Source: the human T2T-CHM13v2.0 reference genome, Homo sapiens. Taken from it: 64,000 nucleotides of DNA. Under the pieces are notes generated by a model that saw only the letters and a program-made list of their open reading frames with translations, was not told the origin of the DNA and did not search any database. Location of the stretch: assembly GCF_009914755.1 (NCBI RefSeq), contig NC_060929.1, one strand, 5' to 3'. This document shows positions 27,700 to 43,080 of the stretch, in pieces; positions within the stretch are counted from its first letter, which is position 1; each line of letters begins with the position of its first letter. The position numbers and the translations under genes were made by a program.

Positions 27700-28615
27700 C
27701 CAAGTGCTGTAGCCATGTCTCAGTCTTCCTTTCATTCCACTTTCTTAGCAACATCTCACACACTTAGCTATCACTGCTTCCGTTTCTTGAAATCTGTGAC
27801 TCTCTCTCACTTTGTTTCTTTCACATCTCAGTACAATTTTCTGTCTCATTTCCTGATTTCTCCTTCTCAGATCAATACTGTAGTGAAATATTCTAGGACT
27901 TGGTTCTTTGTTTTCTTCTCTACTCTATCTTCAAATCCAGAAAATTCTATCTAGTGCCACAATTTCATATATCATTTGTATCTTGAACACTTATCTCATT
28001 TAGAAACTCCTGACTGCATTTCCCATTGCCAATCTGACAAATCTGATTGTCTAACAAGCAGCTTAAACTTTACATGTTTGACTCAGAAACCCTATTTTCC
28101 CACAGAAACCTATCCCTTAACTTGAGATTTCCCATCTCAATAAATGTCACTTAACTCCATTGTTTGTCAAGGATAAACCCAAGCTGTCATTCTTAATTCC
28201 TCTCTTTTCCTCATCCCACATTGAAAGCTTCAGAATAACAAGTCGATTCTAACACCAAAGTGTCTCCAGAATTGACTACCTAATAGCTTTACTACTACAC
28301 CTTAAGTCCAAATAACCATTTCTTTTTGTCCACACACTGCAACTTAATGGTTTCTCTGATCTTATCCCTGCCCATTACAGACCATTCTCCATCCAGCATG
28401 CAGAATAATCATTTAACTTTATCCAGTTATAACGTTTTTCTGCTGAAAATATTTGTTGTCTTTCCTTTGCAATTAAAATGGCATCCAACTTCTTCAAAAT
28501 GGCATAGGAAGCCCTGAACATGGGTTCTGCCTCCTCTCTGCTTCCACTTCTGCCTCGTGTGCCCTCCCTATGCTTCAGCCAGGTGAGGCTTTTTCTTCTG
28601 TGCTCAAAATTGCTT
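27700..28615 (+). mobile_element. L2 LINE 3' region remnant
   Basis: L2-like phrases: cagcttaaactttacatgtttgactcagaa, ttcccatctcaataaatgtcac, gtcattcttaattcctctcttttcctcatcccaca, ggcataggaagccct. Confidence 0.65.
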
Positions 28616-28774
28616 GGGTGATAATTGCACCTAAGAGTAAACTTAGCTGTTTTAATAAATTGCTGGCTTTGAAACATACTGACATGTAGCTTTGGGCAAG
28701 AATCGCAACATTTTAGAGGTTTGACTTTCTCACCACACAGTACTAGTAATAATAGGATGATTTCCTTGGAATCT

Positions 28775-29095
28775 TGTCAGAGCCTTTAAAAAGGTAATTA
28801 GAATTAAATGAGATCATAAGGGCGGGACCTAATCCAATAGGACTGGTGTCCTTATAAGAAAAGGGAGAGACACCAGAGATATCTGTCTCTCTGAGCATGC
28901 ACAGATGAAAGTCTATGTGAGAAGACAGGAAGAAGGTGGCCATGTGTAAACCAGGTAGATTGGCCTCACAAGAATCAATCTTCTGGCACCTTGGTCTTAG
29001 ACTTTGAGTCTCCAGAACTGAAAGAAAACAAATGTCTGTTGTTTAAGGTACCCAGTCTTTAGTATTCTGTTATTGCAACTCAAACAGCCTAAGAT
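28775..29095 (+). mobile_element. MLT1 (MaLR) LTR, MLT1A/B-like, partial
   Basis: aaatgagatcataagggcgggacctaatccaataggactggtgtccttataagaa...ctccagaactg..aaatgtctgttgtttaag..cccagtc. Confidence 0.85.
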
Positions 29096-30091
29096 GATAC
29101 CAGGTGGCCCAACCCAGAAAGGAGACAAGCTCAGATCAGGCAGGTGTGGTTGCTACCCAACCTTCACATGGCCCACAGGAGGCAAAAATATTTTGTATCA
29201 ACTTAAAGGCAGAGCTTTCAGTATCTCTACAAAGGCCATGCCAAGTACAAGGGCCACCACACTAAGAAAAGCTTAACGCATAGCAAACCTGTCATTCTAG
29301 ATGCAATTTCTTTATCAGTGTTCATGTTTATCATAAAAAATATGTGATATTCTTGTGAGGGACACAGATAGTTATCTAAAGGTTAAATGCCTATGGAAAA
29401 AAGAAGCAACCCATTATAAAAAAAATAAACCAAAAATAATTGTTGTTTATTTAAAATAACAGCTGTGCAAAAGAGATCAATAGATAAGGCTAGCAATCCA
29501 TTTGAGGTCAAAGCTATACTTTTCCAAAATTATAACAACAAAAACATTAAATATGTTTATTAGAATTATAGACATGATGGTTTTATTTTATTTCCTTTTA
29601 TCTTACATCACAATCTTACATGATACACTTTAAATATTCTTACTACTAAACATTTTAATAGTTTCCTATTGTTGTTTTTTGGCAATATCTCTTTAAATGT
29701 AAGTAATATACCTACAGATACAACCTGGGAGGCAGTGTATATAGGAGTGAACAGAGCATAGGTGATTTTCTGGAAGATACAGTGTCTTGTTGAATTACCT
29801 GAGCTTTTCTTTAAGAAAATAAATAAATAGTGCCATAATAATTTTATTATGTTGAGACTTTAAATATACAAAGGGGAGAGCTCCTTCTATAGCCTTTCAT
29901 AATATTTTTAAACTTATTCCCCAAGCTCATGTTTTCCTAAGATCTCTTGTTGTTGCTTTTTTAAAACAAAACAAAACAAAAACGAAAACAAACAAACATA
30001 TCATCATGCCTTAAATTTCTAAGCATTACAGGTCCCTGCAATTTAATTCACTGCCTAGCATACCGGTTCTTCTCCTTCAGGAGAAAAATGA

Positions 30092-30415
<324 letters not shown>

Positions 30416-31189
30416 AACACTCCCATTTTTCTATTAACATTTTATACAGGTATGATGAGTTTTCATCGATCACATTGTACCGTAGTTTTATGTCTATGGA
30501 TTTTTTATCCCAATGGATTCTGGCACACATGAGGATGGGTATTATTTATATGAGAGAGAAAGAGAAAGCTTTTGAATGGTTTGGACAAGAGCAGCTGCTA
30601 AGAACTAAAATAAATTTAAAATCTACATGAATTAATATTCTTTTCAATATTTCTTAAAAATATATAATATACTGGTTAACTTGTATCTTTTAATGGGTAG
30701 GCATTTCTACTTGTTTGTTTCCAATAAATGCCTACAAAACCTCAAAAGGTACTTAACTCCTTGCCTAAATAAACAAAAGATAAATAAGGGAATGTTTTGG
30801 AAAATTACACTTTTAAATCCTAAGGAGAATGAAATCTTCCTAATTTGTTAATGGATCACTAACTTTTAATGTTTTCTCCTGCAAATGCTATGACACCCAA
30901 AATGATAATTTAAACATTGGAAACCTCATCTCTTAGCAATACAAAAATTGTTGAAATCAATTTCAAAGAGTAAATATATTCAAGTTTATTTTCAGTTTTA
31001 TCATCATCTGAAAATTAATTTTCTTTCTTTTTTGGTGTCAAACACTTTGGTGGCAACCACTATTTTATTTCAGTATGTAATCCTGAATAAAGCACCCTAA
31101 AGTAGAAGAGAGATTCTTTTCTGACTTATGACCATCCCTAGGCTGTAGCACTCAGTCTAGCATATAAAGAGTACATTGGGAATTTGAAA

Positions 31190-31400
31190 TTAAAGAAACC
31201 ACATCATTTATATTAATACATCCCAAAATGAAATACTTAGGTATAAATCTAACAAATGTGTACAAGATCTATATGAAAAAAAACTAAACAACGCTGGTGA
31301 AAGAAATCAAATTAGAACTAAACAAATGGAGAGATATTCCATAACAATGGATAGTAAGACTAAACACTGACAAAATATCACTTCTTCCCAAATTGATCTA
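31190..31400 (+). mobile_element. Old L1 (L1M) ORF2 fragment
   Basis: aaatacttaggtataaatctaacaaa..gtacaagatctatatgaaaa..ctaaacaaatggagagatattcc..ttcccaaattgatctac. Confidence 0.8.
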
Positions 31401-31568
31401 CAGCAGCAGTCCCCAAGTTTTTTGACACCAGGGACCAGTTTCACGGAAGACAATTTTTCCACAGATAGGGTGGGAGGGATGGTTTCAGGATGAAACTGTT
31501 TCACCTGAAATCATCAGCATTAGATTCTCATAAGGAGCATGCAGCCTAGATCCCTCGCATGCACATTT
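31401..31568 (+). mobile_element. MER1B-like hAT-Charlie fragment
   Basis: cagcagtccccaagttttttgacaccagggaccagtttcacggaagacaatttttccac...attagattctcataaggagc. Only one end is present. Confidence 0.82.
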
Positions 31569-31789
31569 TGCAACCTGCTGTCAAAAACTCATTCTGATAT
31601 AATGTGGAGTATAAACATAAAAGAATACACAAATACTTAAAAATGCTTAAGGAAATAAATACATCCTTAAGAAAACCCTGAATTGAAAAGTGGGTCTAAA
31701 GCACATATCTACTATAATGTCTATAAAAATCAGTGATTGAAGATGACCATAAAGTGAGAAAGAATTTTGAAGTGTTTTAAATAAATCAG

Positions 31790-32180
31790 AAAAGAAACAA
31801 TTATGGAGACAGTAAAAAGATCAGGTGTTGCTGGGAATTAGGGAGAGGGTGGAATGAATACATGCAACACAGAGGATTTTTAGGGCAGTGAAATTATTCT
31901 GTATGATACTATAATGGTGAATACATGTTATTATACATTAGTTAAAACCCACAGAATGTACAATACCAAGAGTGAACCCTAATGGGAAACTATCAATTGG
32001 CTGATAATGATGTGTCCATGTAGGTTTATTAATTGTGACAAAAGTACCACTCTGTTGGGAGATGTTGATAATGAGGGAGGCTATGAATGGGTAGGACAGT
32101 GAGTATATGAGAAATGTCTGTATCTTCTGCTCAATTTTGCATGAACTTAAAGCTGCTCTAAAAAATAAAGTCTATTTCTA
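31790..32180 (+). mobile_element. L1MC-like 3' end
   Basis: ggagacagtaaaaagatcag..gaggatttttagggcagtgaaa..gtatgatactataatggtg...gctgctctaaaaaataaagtctatt. Confidence 0.82.
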
Positions 32181-34344
32181 TAACACAAAAAAGAGAATAT
32201 GACAAATATTCTCTTAATTCAATTAATAATAAATTAATTGTTGACATAAGGATGGTTATGGAATGAAGGTTAATTTCAATATCTAAAACTACTGGTGAGT
32301 GGACATCCCATTAAATGCAGCACAGTATGACTCAGTGTATCTTTGTCAGAGAAATTAATGCTTCCTACAATAGCCTATTTAACTATGTAATGATATCTGC
32401 TAGCATAAAGTGACTTACTATCACTACTGACTCCATTAAACTGCATACAGATATTATCTTCTTATTTTACATATCTATGGCTGTGATATGAGTCATTTAC
32501 CATTGATAAGAAATAAAACCAGGAATCAAAAAAGGGCATTTAAAATCTATTTAAGTAGAGCTAATTATTGTGATCCACGTATTTGTTACCCTCTCAAGCA
32601 CACTTAATCATGTGCTAGGGCACAATTATTAAAATTAGTACAAAAAGCTGTTTACCCAAAGAGCATGAAGAAAATAAAAACAGTTTATTCATGTTTTCCT
32701 TAAAAATATATCATATGGCTGATATAGAACATAATCTTGCACAGAATATTGTTGGATTAGGAAGATTAACTATAAATTTCCCTGTAACAGTCTTCTGAAC
32801 GCATAATATCATTTTCCTTCCCAACCATCCAGTTTAGTCTTAAATGTATCTTCTTGTGCCTCTCTTTTCTTTCAAAGAAAAGGAGAAAGATATTCTATGA
32901 TTGTAAATTAATATAAACAAAAAATTGTATTTTTTTCATAAATTAAAAACACAACTAGAAAGCAAGAAAAGCCATGAATTTTCTTACAGTGAAATAATCA
33001 AAGATAAATAAACTCAATACTTCCAAACTGAATCTTTCTTGTATGCTTCATTTATATAATGTCTTCACAATGAAACCAACCATGCAATAAAAGCAGCAGT
33101 ATGCCTGTGGAAAATGAAATGCCATCTCTTTAGAAATATCCTTAAAATGAGTGTGTGGGAAGAATATCCAATATTTTGTTCTTCCAGAAGGACAAAATGT
33201 TGCAAAACACAGAAGCAAAGAAAAAAATAGTGTCTTCTTTGAAAAATTTTTTAGAATCATGGATTTTAAATATAAAATAATTAAGCAAAAGATCTTGATT
33301 TATTTAAAACACTTCAAAATTCTTTATCATTTCGTGGTCATCTTCAATCATTGATTTTTATAGACATTATAGTAGATGTGTGCTTTAGACCTATTTTTCA
33401 ATTCAGGGCTTCCTTAAGGATTTATTTATTTCCTTAAGCATTTTTAAGTATTTGTGTATTCTTTTCTGTTTATACCCCACATTATATCATAAAGATCTTG
33501 AAGCAGTTTATTAAAAACATGCATAATTGCATAATGCAATAATAAAACACAAACAATCAAGACCAAACAAGATATATATTACAACAAAAAGTTAAAAACT
33601 GGTCAAAAAAAAGGACAGAAGACACAGATATATTAGATAAACAATTGCTATAGGTCAAATTGTAGTAGTGTTTGGTAGACTTTTATGTATCAAACCGTAA
33701 CAGAGAAACACAATCAGCTACATTCCTTTATTATCTCTGAGAATTTAAAAAAAAAAAATTTCAAAGAATGAAATATTTTTCTACAATCAGTTCAAAAATA
33801 AATTTTAACATGTGCTTTAAAACAGGACACAATGAAAGATGCAATAGATAAAATACCCAAATAAGTGTACTTGCCTTTGATAAAAGCAGAAGGGGTAGTA
33901 TATTAACACATAAAAGCAATTCTTTGGAAGGGTTGGAAGGGGACAGACTTCTAAGATCCATGAAGTAAGGCTATGGGCAAGCACTGACACAATGCCAAGT
34001 GCAAAATATGTGTTAAATAAAAATTGTGATACTTGTTTTTTTGGAAACAAGTGATCAAATACAACTTGATGGATTAATACTCCATCTCCACAGAAACGTG
34101 AGAAAAGTTAGTGACTTCAGGCACAAATGAAAATATTTTCTCAAGAACCAGCCATGAGTCTCCTCAACATGCATTGTATATATCCAGAAATCCTTCAGTC
34201 CAGCCTTTCTACTGTGGAGAAAGCACACCTAAAGAGGTCTAGCATTGTGTTATCTGATGTTCTATAGCACTTTTTAAAATATTGTTTTTGGTTAAGAATA
34301 CGTTAAATAATTTTTAAATGTATATAAGCCAGTTGTTTCCAGAT

Positions 34345-34844
34345 GAGATTTTTTATCAGAGAATAAAGATCAACATGGCCTTAATGTTCCTCTCAGTTTG
34401 ACTAAATAGGTTTCATCTTGACCATAGGTCCTTGACTTACATTTTCTTAGAGTATTTACTTTGAAAACTCTCCATTGTAAATTCTTTTTCTGGCCCTTCG
34501 AGATGTAAATCTTCTACAACCCAGAAATGTCTATCTCAAGACATGGGAGCCATTCCTTTGACATATAATCATGAAGAAAGACAGAGCCCCTATCTTTCAA
34601 TCTCTGTTGGAAGGTTGGAGCCTGACTTTGATAAAGGACAATTAGCAAACACAGATGGCCTGATCACACTGACCAACCTCTCCGTAACACCCTCCAGTAC
34701 TTTTCTACTAGTTCTCTCTTGGCTTAAAAACTCTCCCACCTTTTGTTCCAGGCTAGTTAAGTATAATTCTTTCCCCTATTGCAATAGTCTTGAAAAAAGT
34801 CTTTCTTGCTTTTTAAACTTGCCCACTATAATTTTTCTTTGACA
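34345..34844 (+). mobile_element. Solo LTR, ERV1 class (MER4-group-like, family uncertain)
   Basis: cctctcagtttgactaaa, ttgtaaattctttttctggcccttcgagatgtaaatcttct, ccctattgcaatagtcttgaaaaaagtc, ending tttttctttgaca. 5' boundary uncertain. Confidence 0.7.
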
Positions 34845-37828
34845 GCATAAATGTAACATATATTCATATAATTAATTTGTTAAATACATACGTTTTCACA
34901 TATTCTAAGGGAAAAGGGCTAAGTTGAAAACCAGGAGTAGGTGATTTAAAAATACATTTCCACCCTGCAAACATTTACAAACAAATTGAAAGAAATATGA
35001 AAGTATAACAATGCAATTTTCGTAACAGATTGATTTACAGAGATTGGGAACTCTGAGAGGCCATAAGGCATCACCAAGGAGGTCTTACCCGAATGAACAT
35101 TTGAGCAACGGATACAATTTTTACAGGTGACCAAACAAGGGAAAGGCATTGCCAGCAATTCTGGCAAAGATAATGTGCATTGGAAGTGATCTATAAACCA
35201 ACAGACAGAAGGCGTGGGAAGAAAGGAAAAAGAAGGAAGAATACGAACGTAATATATAAAAGTCAGTTTCAAGTGGGGTAATTCCTTCTTAAAGTGACAG
35301 ACAGCTTAAGTCAGGTTGCCATCTGTATATAGCATATTTTATTCAGGCCAAATTTGAACAGCCATTATTAATTGTGCAATTACCTACAATGATAAACTTC
35401 AATATGTGTTTTCAAGAATTACAAAGAAAAAAATCAATAGAATACCAACTTAGAAGCTTGTATTATGAAGATTAGCTGACTAATCTAATTAGTCATTAGT
35501 AATTCAATTAAGTAATTATTCTCAATCTTTTCTTTCAGGAAACATAGACTTACTTGGTAACAACTTGTGAATGTGTAACGTTTTATTATTCAGTTTGGAA
35601 AGTAAATATTTTTGTCCAAATTATTTATGTCCAAAAAAGATAATAATGCTTCAAGTTTACAAGGCAGGGTATGTTTATTTCCTCTCATTGCTTAAGTAAA
35701 ATTACAATAAGGGAAAACTCTTGGTAAAAATCATGGGGAGAATAAAGAAGCCACAAGAGGCAGAGATTTCAACAAGCTCAGGAAAGACAAAAAGATTAGT
35801 AGATTTTAAAATCGCAGCAGGAGCCAGGACCTAGTGCATATGCAAAGAGATAAACCAGAGAAGGTGTCTGAATTGCACAACAGAAAGTCAGACAGGCTCT
35901 TGTATCAGAGGTAGAAGTTACAAGGAAAGTTGGAAATGGTACTCTATGGAGACAGATTAATTGAAAGTGAATGTTAAGAACTGCCTCGACTGTCTCACCT
36001 CAGATATCAGGAAACCTAACACTTCCTGCCAAAAGGAAGAAGAGGTTGTTGGGTGGTTTGGCAGGAAAGAAGACAAAATATGTTAAAATAAATATTTGGA
36101 GAAAAATAAGGTAGCTATTATGGGTAAAACCATTTTCTTCTAGAAGACTCCTAACAATATGACCAACTCCTTATCTGCCATACGCAGAGTGAACTTTGCA
36201 GGGGACAACCTCTGCTCACTAAGAGTTAGTCTTTAAGTGGCTTGATTCTTAAATAGGAAAGAGGCAACATAAAGCCAAGAGAGACTTGAAGAACATTTGC
36301 CATATGAAAAAATACCCACAAAAATAAACAAAGAGAGGGGGAAAAAACCATAAAACTTAAGGAAATGGTAAATTACGAAATAAAAAAATAAGTCTCCAAT
36401 GAATATACTGAGAAAAATATTTAAAATAAGAACATGCAATTAAGGTGTCAAAGGTGTAAATAAGAGAAACATGGTAAGCTGAAGGATGCTTCCCTTATTT
36501 TATAAAATGGCAATGGAAACAATGTGCTTTGAAAGAAGAAGGGAAAGCGAGATGAACATTTCCCTGTGACATAGGAAATTAACAGAGAAGGTGTAAAATT
36601 ATTAAAAACTATTATTTAAAGAAACATTATTTACTAATTTAAAAAAGCAAAAAGATGCCACTGCTTGTATGTTGGTTTGGTTCTTTGTCACTGCTTAAGT
36701 AAGTGACTTTCACAGCCTCCTTTTCTATCTACTCCTTACCACCCGTTTACACACCCACTAAAGTCCTGAAGTCCTGGATGCTAGAAAACTAGTTGTAGAT
36801 TTGTCCTTCAAATAATAACAAATGGCTTATTCTTGTACTCCTGATAATGAAACTGGGCAGAGAAGTAATTTACCCCATAACACAACATGAAGGTCTGAGG
36901 TACCACTAGCTAGGCTGGTTGTACAGGAATCTCAATAAAATGAAAATCAAAGAGAAAAAATGAATATAAATATATTTATTAACACTGAATCCCTGTACAC
37001 TTAAAATGGGAAAGACGGTAATTATATATGCATACTTTACCTCAGCGAAAAAATTTTTAAAGTTAAAATCAAACAACAAAAGAGAAAAACAACAGCAATG
37101 TAAAAGTTTTGACTACATTGTATTTTACTTCATGAACATACATCAGAAATACACCAACATATGCACATTTTCTATACAAAATTATGTAAGCCATTTTGGA
37201 AGAGTGCTATGAATCTTTCAAAAAATATAAATTAATAATAAAATAAGAACCAGCAAGACAAAGAGGAGAAGAGTTTGATGATGTTACTTTTTATCTCTTT
37301 TTAATTGTTTGTAATATGTAACAAGGATCAATTTTCATGTTTTTCTCTGAGTACTTCTTCAAATTTTAACTGTATGAAAGTTAAGACAGCTGGGTCTATA
37401 ATCACACACAAAAAAATCTTAAAGACAAGCAAGGCTAACGGTTGTCACCAGTATCTTATTATAGTTTCTGGCAGTTTCTCATTAAGTGTTATTTGCCTTA
37501 AATTATGAAGCATATTTAGGTTATGAATTAAAGTGGCTTTGAAAATGAATATATTATGTCATACATGATGTAATCCATAAAGTTCCCTTAGCTCCAATCA
37601 GAGAAAGACTTTGTTTTATTTTGTCACTTGAAGCAATGCCCTTTAGTCCTTTACCTTGCATTAAGTGGAGCCTTTGAGATTTTACTCAGAAAGCTGAATC
37701 TGAAAGGACCAATCAATTTGTGCATCAACTTTTTATTATCCATGGTCATTGCCAATAAAAAGCTCTATTTATTGAGATTATATCTGTGTATTAAGGTATT
37801 TTTGATGAAGATGTCTTTAAAATGATGG

Positions 37829-38139
37829 CAGTTCACTTTCATTCATGGTTTCAAGGTTTCAGTTACTCATGGACAACATCAGTCCAAAAATATTAATTGG
37901 GAAAATTCTGAAATAAGCAATTTCGTAAGTTTTCAATTGTGCACCATTCTTGGAAGCATGATGAAATCTCCTGCTGACCTGCTTCATCCTCCAGGCATGT
38001 GAATCATTCCTGTATCCAGTGTATCCACGCTGCGTGCTATCTGTTCATTAGTCATTTGGTAGCTCTCTCAAGTATGAGAGTTTTTAGGCATTCACTGGGG
38101 CTCTTGAAACCTATCCCTTCAGATAAGAGGTGCTTACTG
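37829..38139 (+). mobile_element. MER44A-like (Tigger7-derived MITE)
   Basis: ggtttcagttactcatgg..gtccaaaaatattaattgggaaaattctgaaataagcaat...ggggctcttgaaacctatccc..gataag..tactg-ta. Confidence 0.75.
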
Positions 38140-39724
38140 TATCTCAGTTTTCTTTATTTATATAGACTTAATTGGAACAGTTTTCTCCTACTCACCATAA
38201 AATTAACAAAATGTTGAAAGCAAAAATATTAACAGCAAAAAGGTATTGCAATTTTTCAATTACCTAAGAAGATATTTAAATTTTTAAATATTTGCAATAT
38301 TTAAAATTTTACAAAAAATAAAGGTAATAAAAAAATCATTTCCACCAAGAATTGTCTTAAAGTAAGGAGACTGAGAAAAGGATGAGATGTACTGCACAGA
38401 TCGTCAAGTTTTGGACTAACCACCTTACAAAGGTATTTAATTTATTTTATATTAATGTGCCTTAACAAGTTGTATTTTGCTACATCTTATATAACATTGT
38501 GAAACTTCTAAGGATCAGAAAATTGCTTTCTTTAGTTTAACAAAAGCAAGATGAATTGTATGCTTACTAGAGTAGAATGCTATTTTGTGCATAATTGGTA
38601 GTCTTCAACCTAGAGCACAGAAGGTTGGGACTACTTAATATTCTGTTACAGAAAGAGACAAAAAAGGTGGTAACACTATATTTTGCTCTTTGCCACATCA
38701 CAAATCCCTCTTTTACATTTAAAAATGAAGATAACATGAAATTGATTAAAGCATATTTACTTTCAATTCCTGGGCAGTTTTAGTTGAAAAATAAAGGTTT
38801 TGAACTATTGTTCAAAACTATTATTTTGTCAATATTTTCTACAATGTTTTTGGGTTTCAAAGTGACTTCAGTAAAGCTGTCATATTTGGAGACATTCAAC
38901 TTTCAAATGGCATAAGACAGTGTTATAACTGGACTAAGAGCATAAATATAATAAATAACTTAGACAAAGGCCACTCAATTAAAAAAAGTTTTGTCCTTAC
39001 CCATATATAGGCACAATCCTTATTATTCAAATATTCCATTTTCCTTCCATCAGGTAAGTGGTGAATATTCTAACCTAACAATTGATTATAATTCATTATA
39101 ATTTAATTTGAAATAATTATAATTGCATATAATTAAAACAAATTAATTCTGATTAAAGGCAGAATTAGATCTCAAAAAAGACAATAAAATCTGTATTTTT
39201 TTTTCCACCTAAGGGAGCTGGATCTATTTCTTCATCCTATCTTTGGCCTGGTGGGGATTTCACATTATAAATGAGGATTCCCAGAATATGAAAGCTATCT
39301 AATACATTCAGGCAAAAATTCACTTTCAACTTTGTGTTAAGTGAGTTATATAGAAAGGCGAGGGCAGCATTTTTTGCCAGAGGAAACTGAAGTCAAGAGG
39401 GAGCTAAATAGAATCTGGAATGTAGGATCTCTAAATTGCATAGAGAGTGCAAAATTTCAAGTTAGCAGTCTGTCAAGTACTTCATAAGAATTACTACTGT
39501 GTTAGCTCTGGTAAAACTGGACTTGATTCACCCTTTAATCCTGGTATATACTCTCATGAATGATGAATATTAAGTATCTATTAAATAGAAACCTTTTTTT
39601 GGATGAAACATGCATGGATTAATCTTCTTATTGAAGATAATTAAGGAAATACGGTGTTCCACAATTTATAAGAATATACAGTGTATAAAAATGTTTTCAT
39701 CAATGTAATTTAAACATACATAGA

Positions 39725-40220
<496 letters not shown>

Positions 40221-40489
40221 TCAGAAAAGAAAATGGGAGGTTGTCAGCTTTCTTGAAATTGAAAACTGGAAGGGATTTTTTTTTTCTTATGAAAATAAGA
40301 GGCAGAAAAAAAGAAATCAAAAAGGAAATCACTTTTACTTTATCAACAGAAGGAAGATGAGTCAGTTATGAAGACTTTCACTCTTAATGTGAATATCTAA
40401 TGAAAGAATACAACAAAATGCTAAATATGCAAACAAAAAACTTGACCTTGGAAGAAAGAGAGACAAAACAGAACATAGAAGATAATTAT

Positions 40490-40790
40490 TTTATAATCTA
40501 TTATGTTATGAAATTATTTGAAAAATCTCATAAATGATCTCTTATAGTCTATATATTTTTATAAATTTAAATTTATATATTTAAATATAGAAATATATGC
40601 ACATATATCAACATCTAAATTTATATTTTTAAATATTTATATTTTATATAATGCATGTTTATTTAAATATAAATTTGAATATTTATATATGCAAATATAT
40701 ATTTCTATATTTAAATGCATAAATTTATATATTGATATATTTAAATATATATAGATTTATATATTTATATATATATATGTAAATTTTTTT
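40490..40790. repeat. AT-rich low-complexity tract with inverted symmetry
   Basis: Mostly A/T. 30-bp inverted arms at 40569-40598 and 40697-40726. Confidence 0.85.
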
Positions 40791-40904
40791 CTTCAAATAA
40801 TAGGAGGAAAACCTAAGCTCAAATAAATCTAGCAGACGGAATCAAGGAACAGAGTCATGTTGTGGCCAGGATGATAAAATTGGGCTACTACAAAAGAAAA
40901 TGTA

Positions 40905-41225
40905 TTCTCTCACATCCTAGCCAGCACCTGTATTTATCTGTCTTTTTGATAAAAGTTATTTTAACTGAGGTGAGATAAAATCTCATTGTCTTTTTGATTT
41001 GCATTTCTCTGATGATCAGTGATGTTGAGTAATTTTTCAAATACCTGTTTGGCATTTTTATGAATTCTTCTGAGAAATGTCTATGCAGCTTTTTTGCCCA
41101 TTTTAAAAATCCAATTGTATTTTTCCTATTGAGTTGTTTGAGCTTCTTATATATTCTGGTTGTTAATCTCCTGTCAGGTGGGTAGTTTGCAAATATTTTC
41201 TCCCATTCTGTAGGTTACCTCTCTC
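40905..41225 (-). mobile_element. L1 (L1MA-like) ORF2 fragment
   Basis: ttgatttgcatttctctgatgatcagtgatgttgag..tgagaaatgtctat..ttgcaaatattttctcccattctgtaggtt. Confidence 0.85.
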
Positions 41226-41352
41226 ACAGAATGGGATAGAATATACACTCATAATTTAATCTAAAATTTACCACTCTCCCATATTCTAGAAATTCTACTT
41301 CCTTATTATTTTTATTCCTTTTCATGGATATTGTCTTATTTTATTTAAATAT

Positions 41353-41710
41353 TGTATTAATCTGTTTTCACACTGTTGATAAAGACATACCCAAGACTGG
41401 GCAATTTACAAAAGAGGTTCATTGGACTCATGGTTCAACATGGCTGGGGAGGCCCCACGATCATGGTGTAAGGCAAGGAGGAGCAAGTAACATCTTATGT
41501 GGATGGCAGCAGGCAAAGAGAGGGCTTGTGCAGAGAAACTCCCATTTTTAAAATCATCAGATCTTGTGAGACCCATTCACTAGAGTACAGCATGAGAAAG
41601 ACCTACCCCCATGATTCAAGCATCTCCCACCAGGTCCCTCCCACAACACATGGGAATTATGGGAGCTACAAGATGAGATTTTATTGGAGACACAGAGCCA
41701 AAACATATCG
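41353..41710 (-). mobile_element. THE1 solo LTR (MaLR)
   Basis: tgtattaatctgttttcacactgttgataaagacatacccaagactggg...gggagctacaagatgagattt..acacagagccaaaacatatc. About 358 bp, near-TSD aatat/attat. Confidence 0.92.
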
Positions 41711-42494
41711 ATTATATAAATGAAAGATGAATCTATAGCCTTAAAAAAACTACAACCAATTCCGTTTATTCTAACTGCCAACCCCCAACCACACCGTTCT
41801 CTAGAAGCTATCAATTTTCTGATCATTTTGCTGCTGATCATTTTTCATTATTGTCTTATAAAAATATAGTTCTGAATTCTTCATTAGCTTTCAGTAAATG
41901 GTGTCATATCGTACATACTTTACTGCAACTCACATTCTTACCTGAAACTATTTTGGAGTTCTAACTTGGCTGGACATGTACAATATCTGTGTAACTATTT
42001 CTCTATCGTATGAACTAGGAAGTGGCCTTTGATCAAGTGTATTTTATATATCAACAAATGTAATCAAGTTTCCCTCCAATGTGACTTATGAATATTCATT
42101 GCCACCAGTTCATTTTGAGAGTGTTCACTTTACCACCACATTTTTAATATTTGATATTACCAAACATTATTATTGTTCTTATCTGATTTGTAATAATTGT
42201 AATATTTTAATTTGCATTTCCTCTTTTTGTGTGTGCCTGAAAATATTTTCTTTCTTTTAAATTTTTTACTTATGCGATTTTCTTGCTTACACGTTTGTTC
42301 ATTTTTCTTATTGGTTTGTTATTTTGATTTTTGATTTGTTTTCTATTACTTACATAGATCTAATTACTCTAGATACTCATCTTTGGACTTCTTTATATAA
42401 TGCATTTATTTTCCTTTGATTTGTTGTATTTAACTTTGTTTCACTGTGTGCTTTTTATGCATTCTGATGTAAAATTTATTCATCTCTTCTTTTA

Positions 42495-43080
42495 ATGATG
42501 GACATTTAAGTAGCTTCTGAATCTTGGTTATAGTGAATAGTGCTGCAAGAAACATGGGAGTGCAGATATCTCTTCTCTTGATGAAGTTATGAAAATCAGA
42601 TATACTGATTACCTTTTTTTCTTTGTTTTTTGTTTGTTTGTTTTTTGAGACAGTCTCACTCTGTCACCTGGCTGGAGTGCAGTGGAGCAATCTCGGGTCA
42701 CTGCACCTCCACATCCTGGGTTTAAGTGACTGTCCTGCCTCAGCCTCCCTAGTAGCTGGGACTACAGGTGAGTGCCACCATGCCCAGCTGATTTTTGTAT
42801 TCTTAGAAGAGATGGGGTTTCACCACGTTGGCCAAGATGGTCTAGATTTCTTAACCTTGTGATCCACCTGCCCCTGCCTCCCAAAGTGCTGGGATTATAG
42901 GCATGAGCTACCACGCCTGGCTTTGATTTCCTTTCTTTTCAGTATATACCTAGCAGTAGGATTGCTGGGTCATATGATAGTTCTAGGTTTAGTTTTTGAG
43001 GAATCTCCATAGTCTTCTCCATAGTGGCTATACTAACTTACATTTCCACCAACAGGGTAATAAGGTTCTCTTTTCTCCTA
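42495..43080 (-). mobile_element. L1 fragment interrupted by an AluS (about 42614-42921, minus)
   Basis: L1 antisense gtgaatagtgctgcaagaaacatgggagtgcagatatctctt resumes after the Alu as tgatttcctttcttttcagtatatacctagcagtaggattgctgg. Alu TSD tgatt(a/t)ccttt. Confidence 0.88.

Noticed and set aside
38282-38306. 11-bp inverted repeat ttttaaatatt/aatatttaaaa
   Set aside because: Pure A/T and short, so expected by chance at this base composition.
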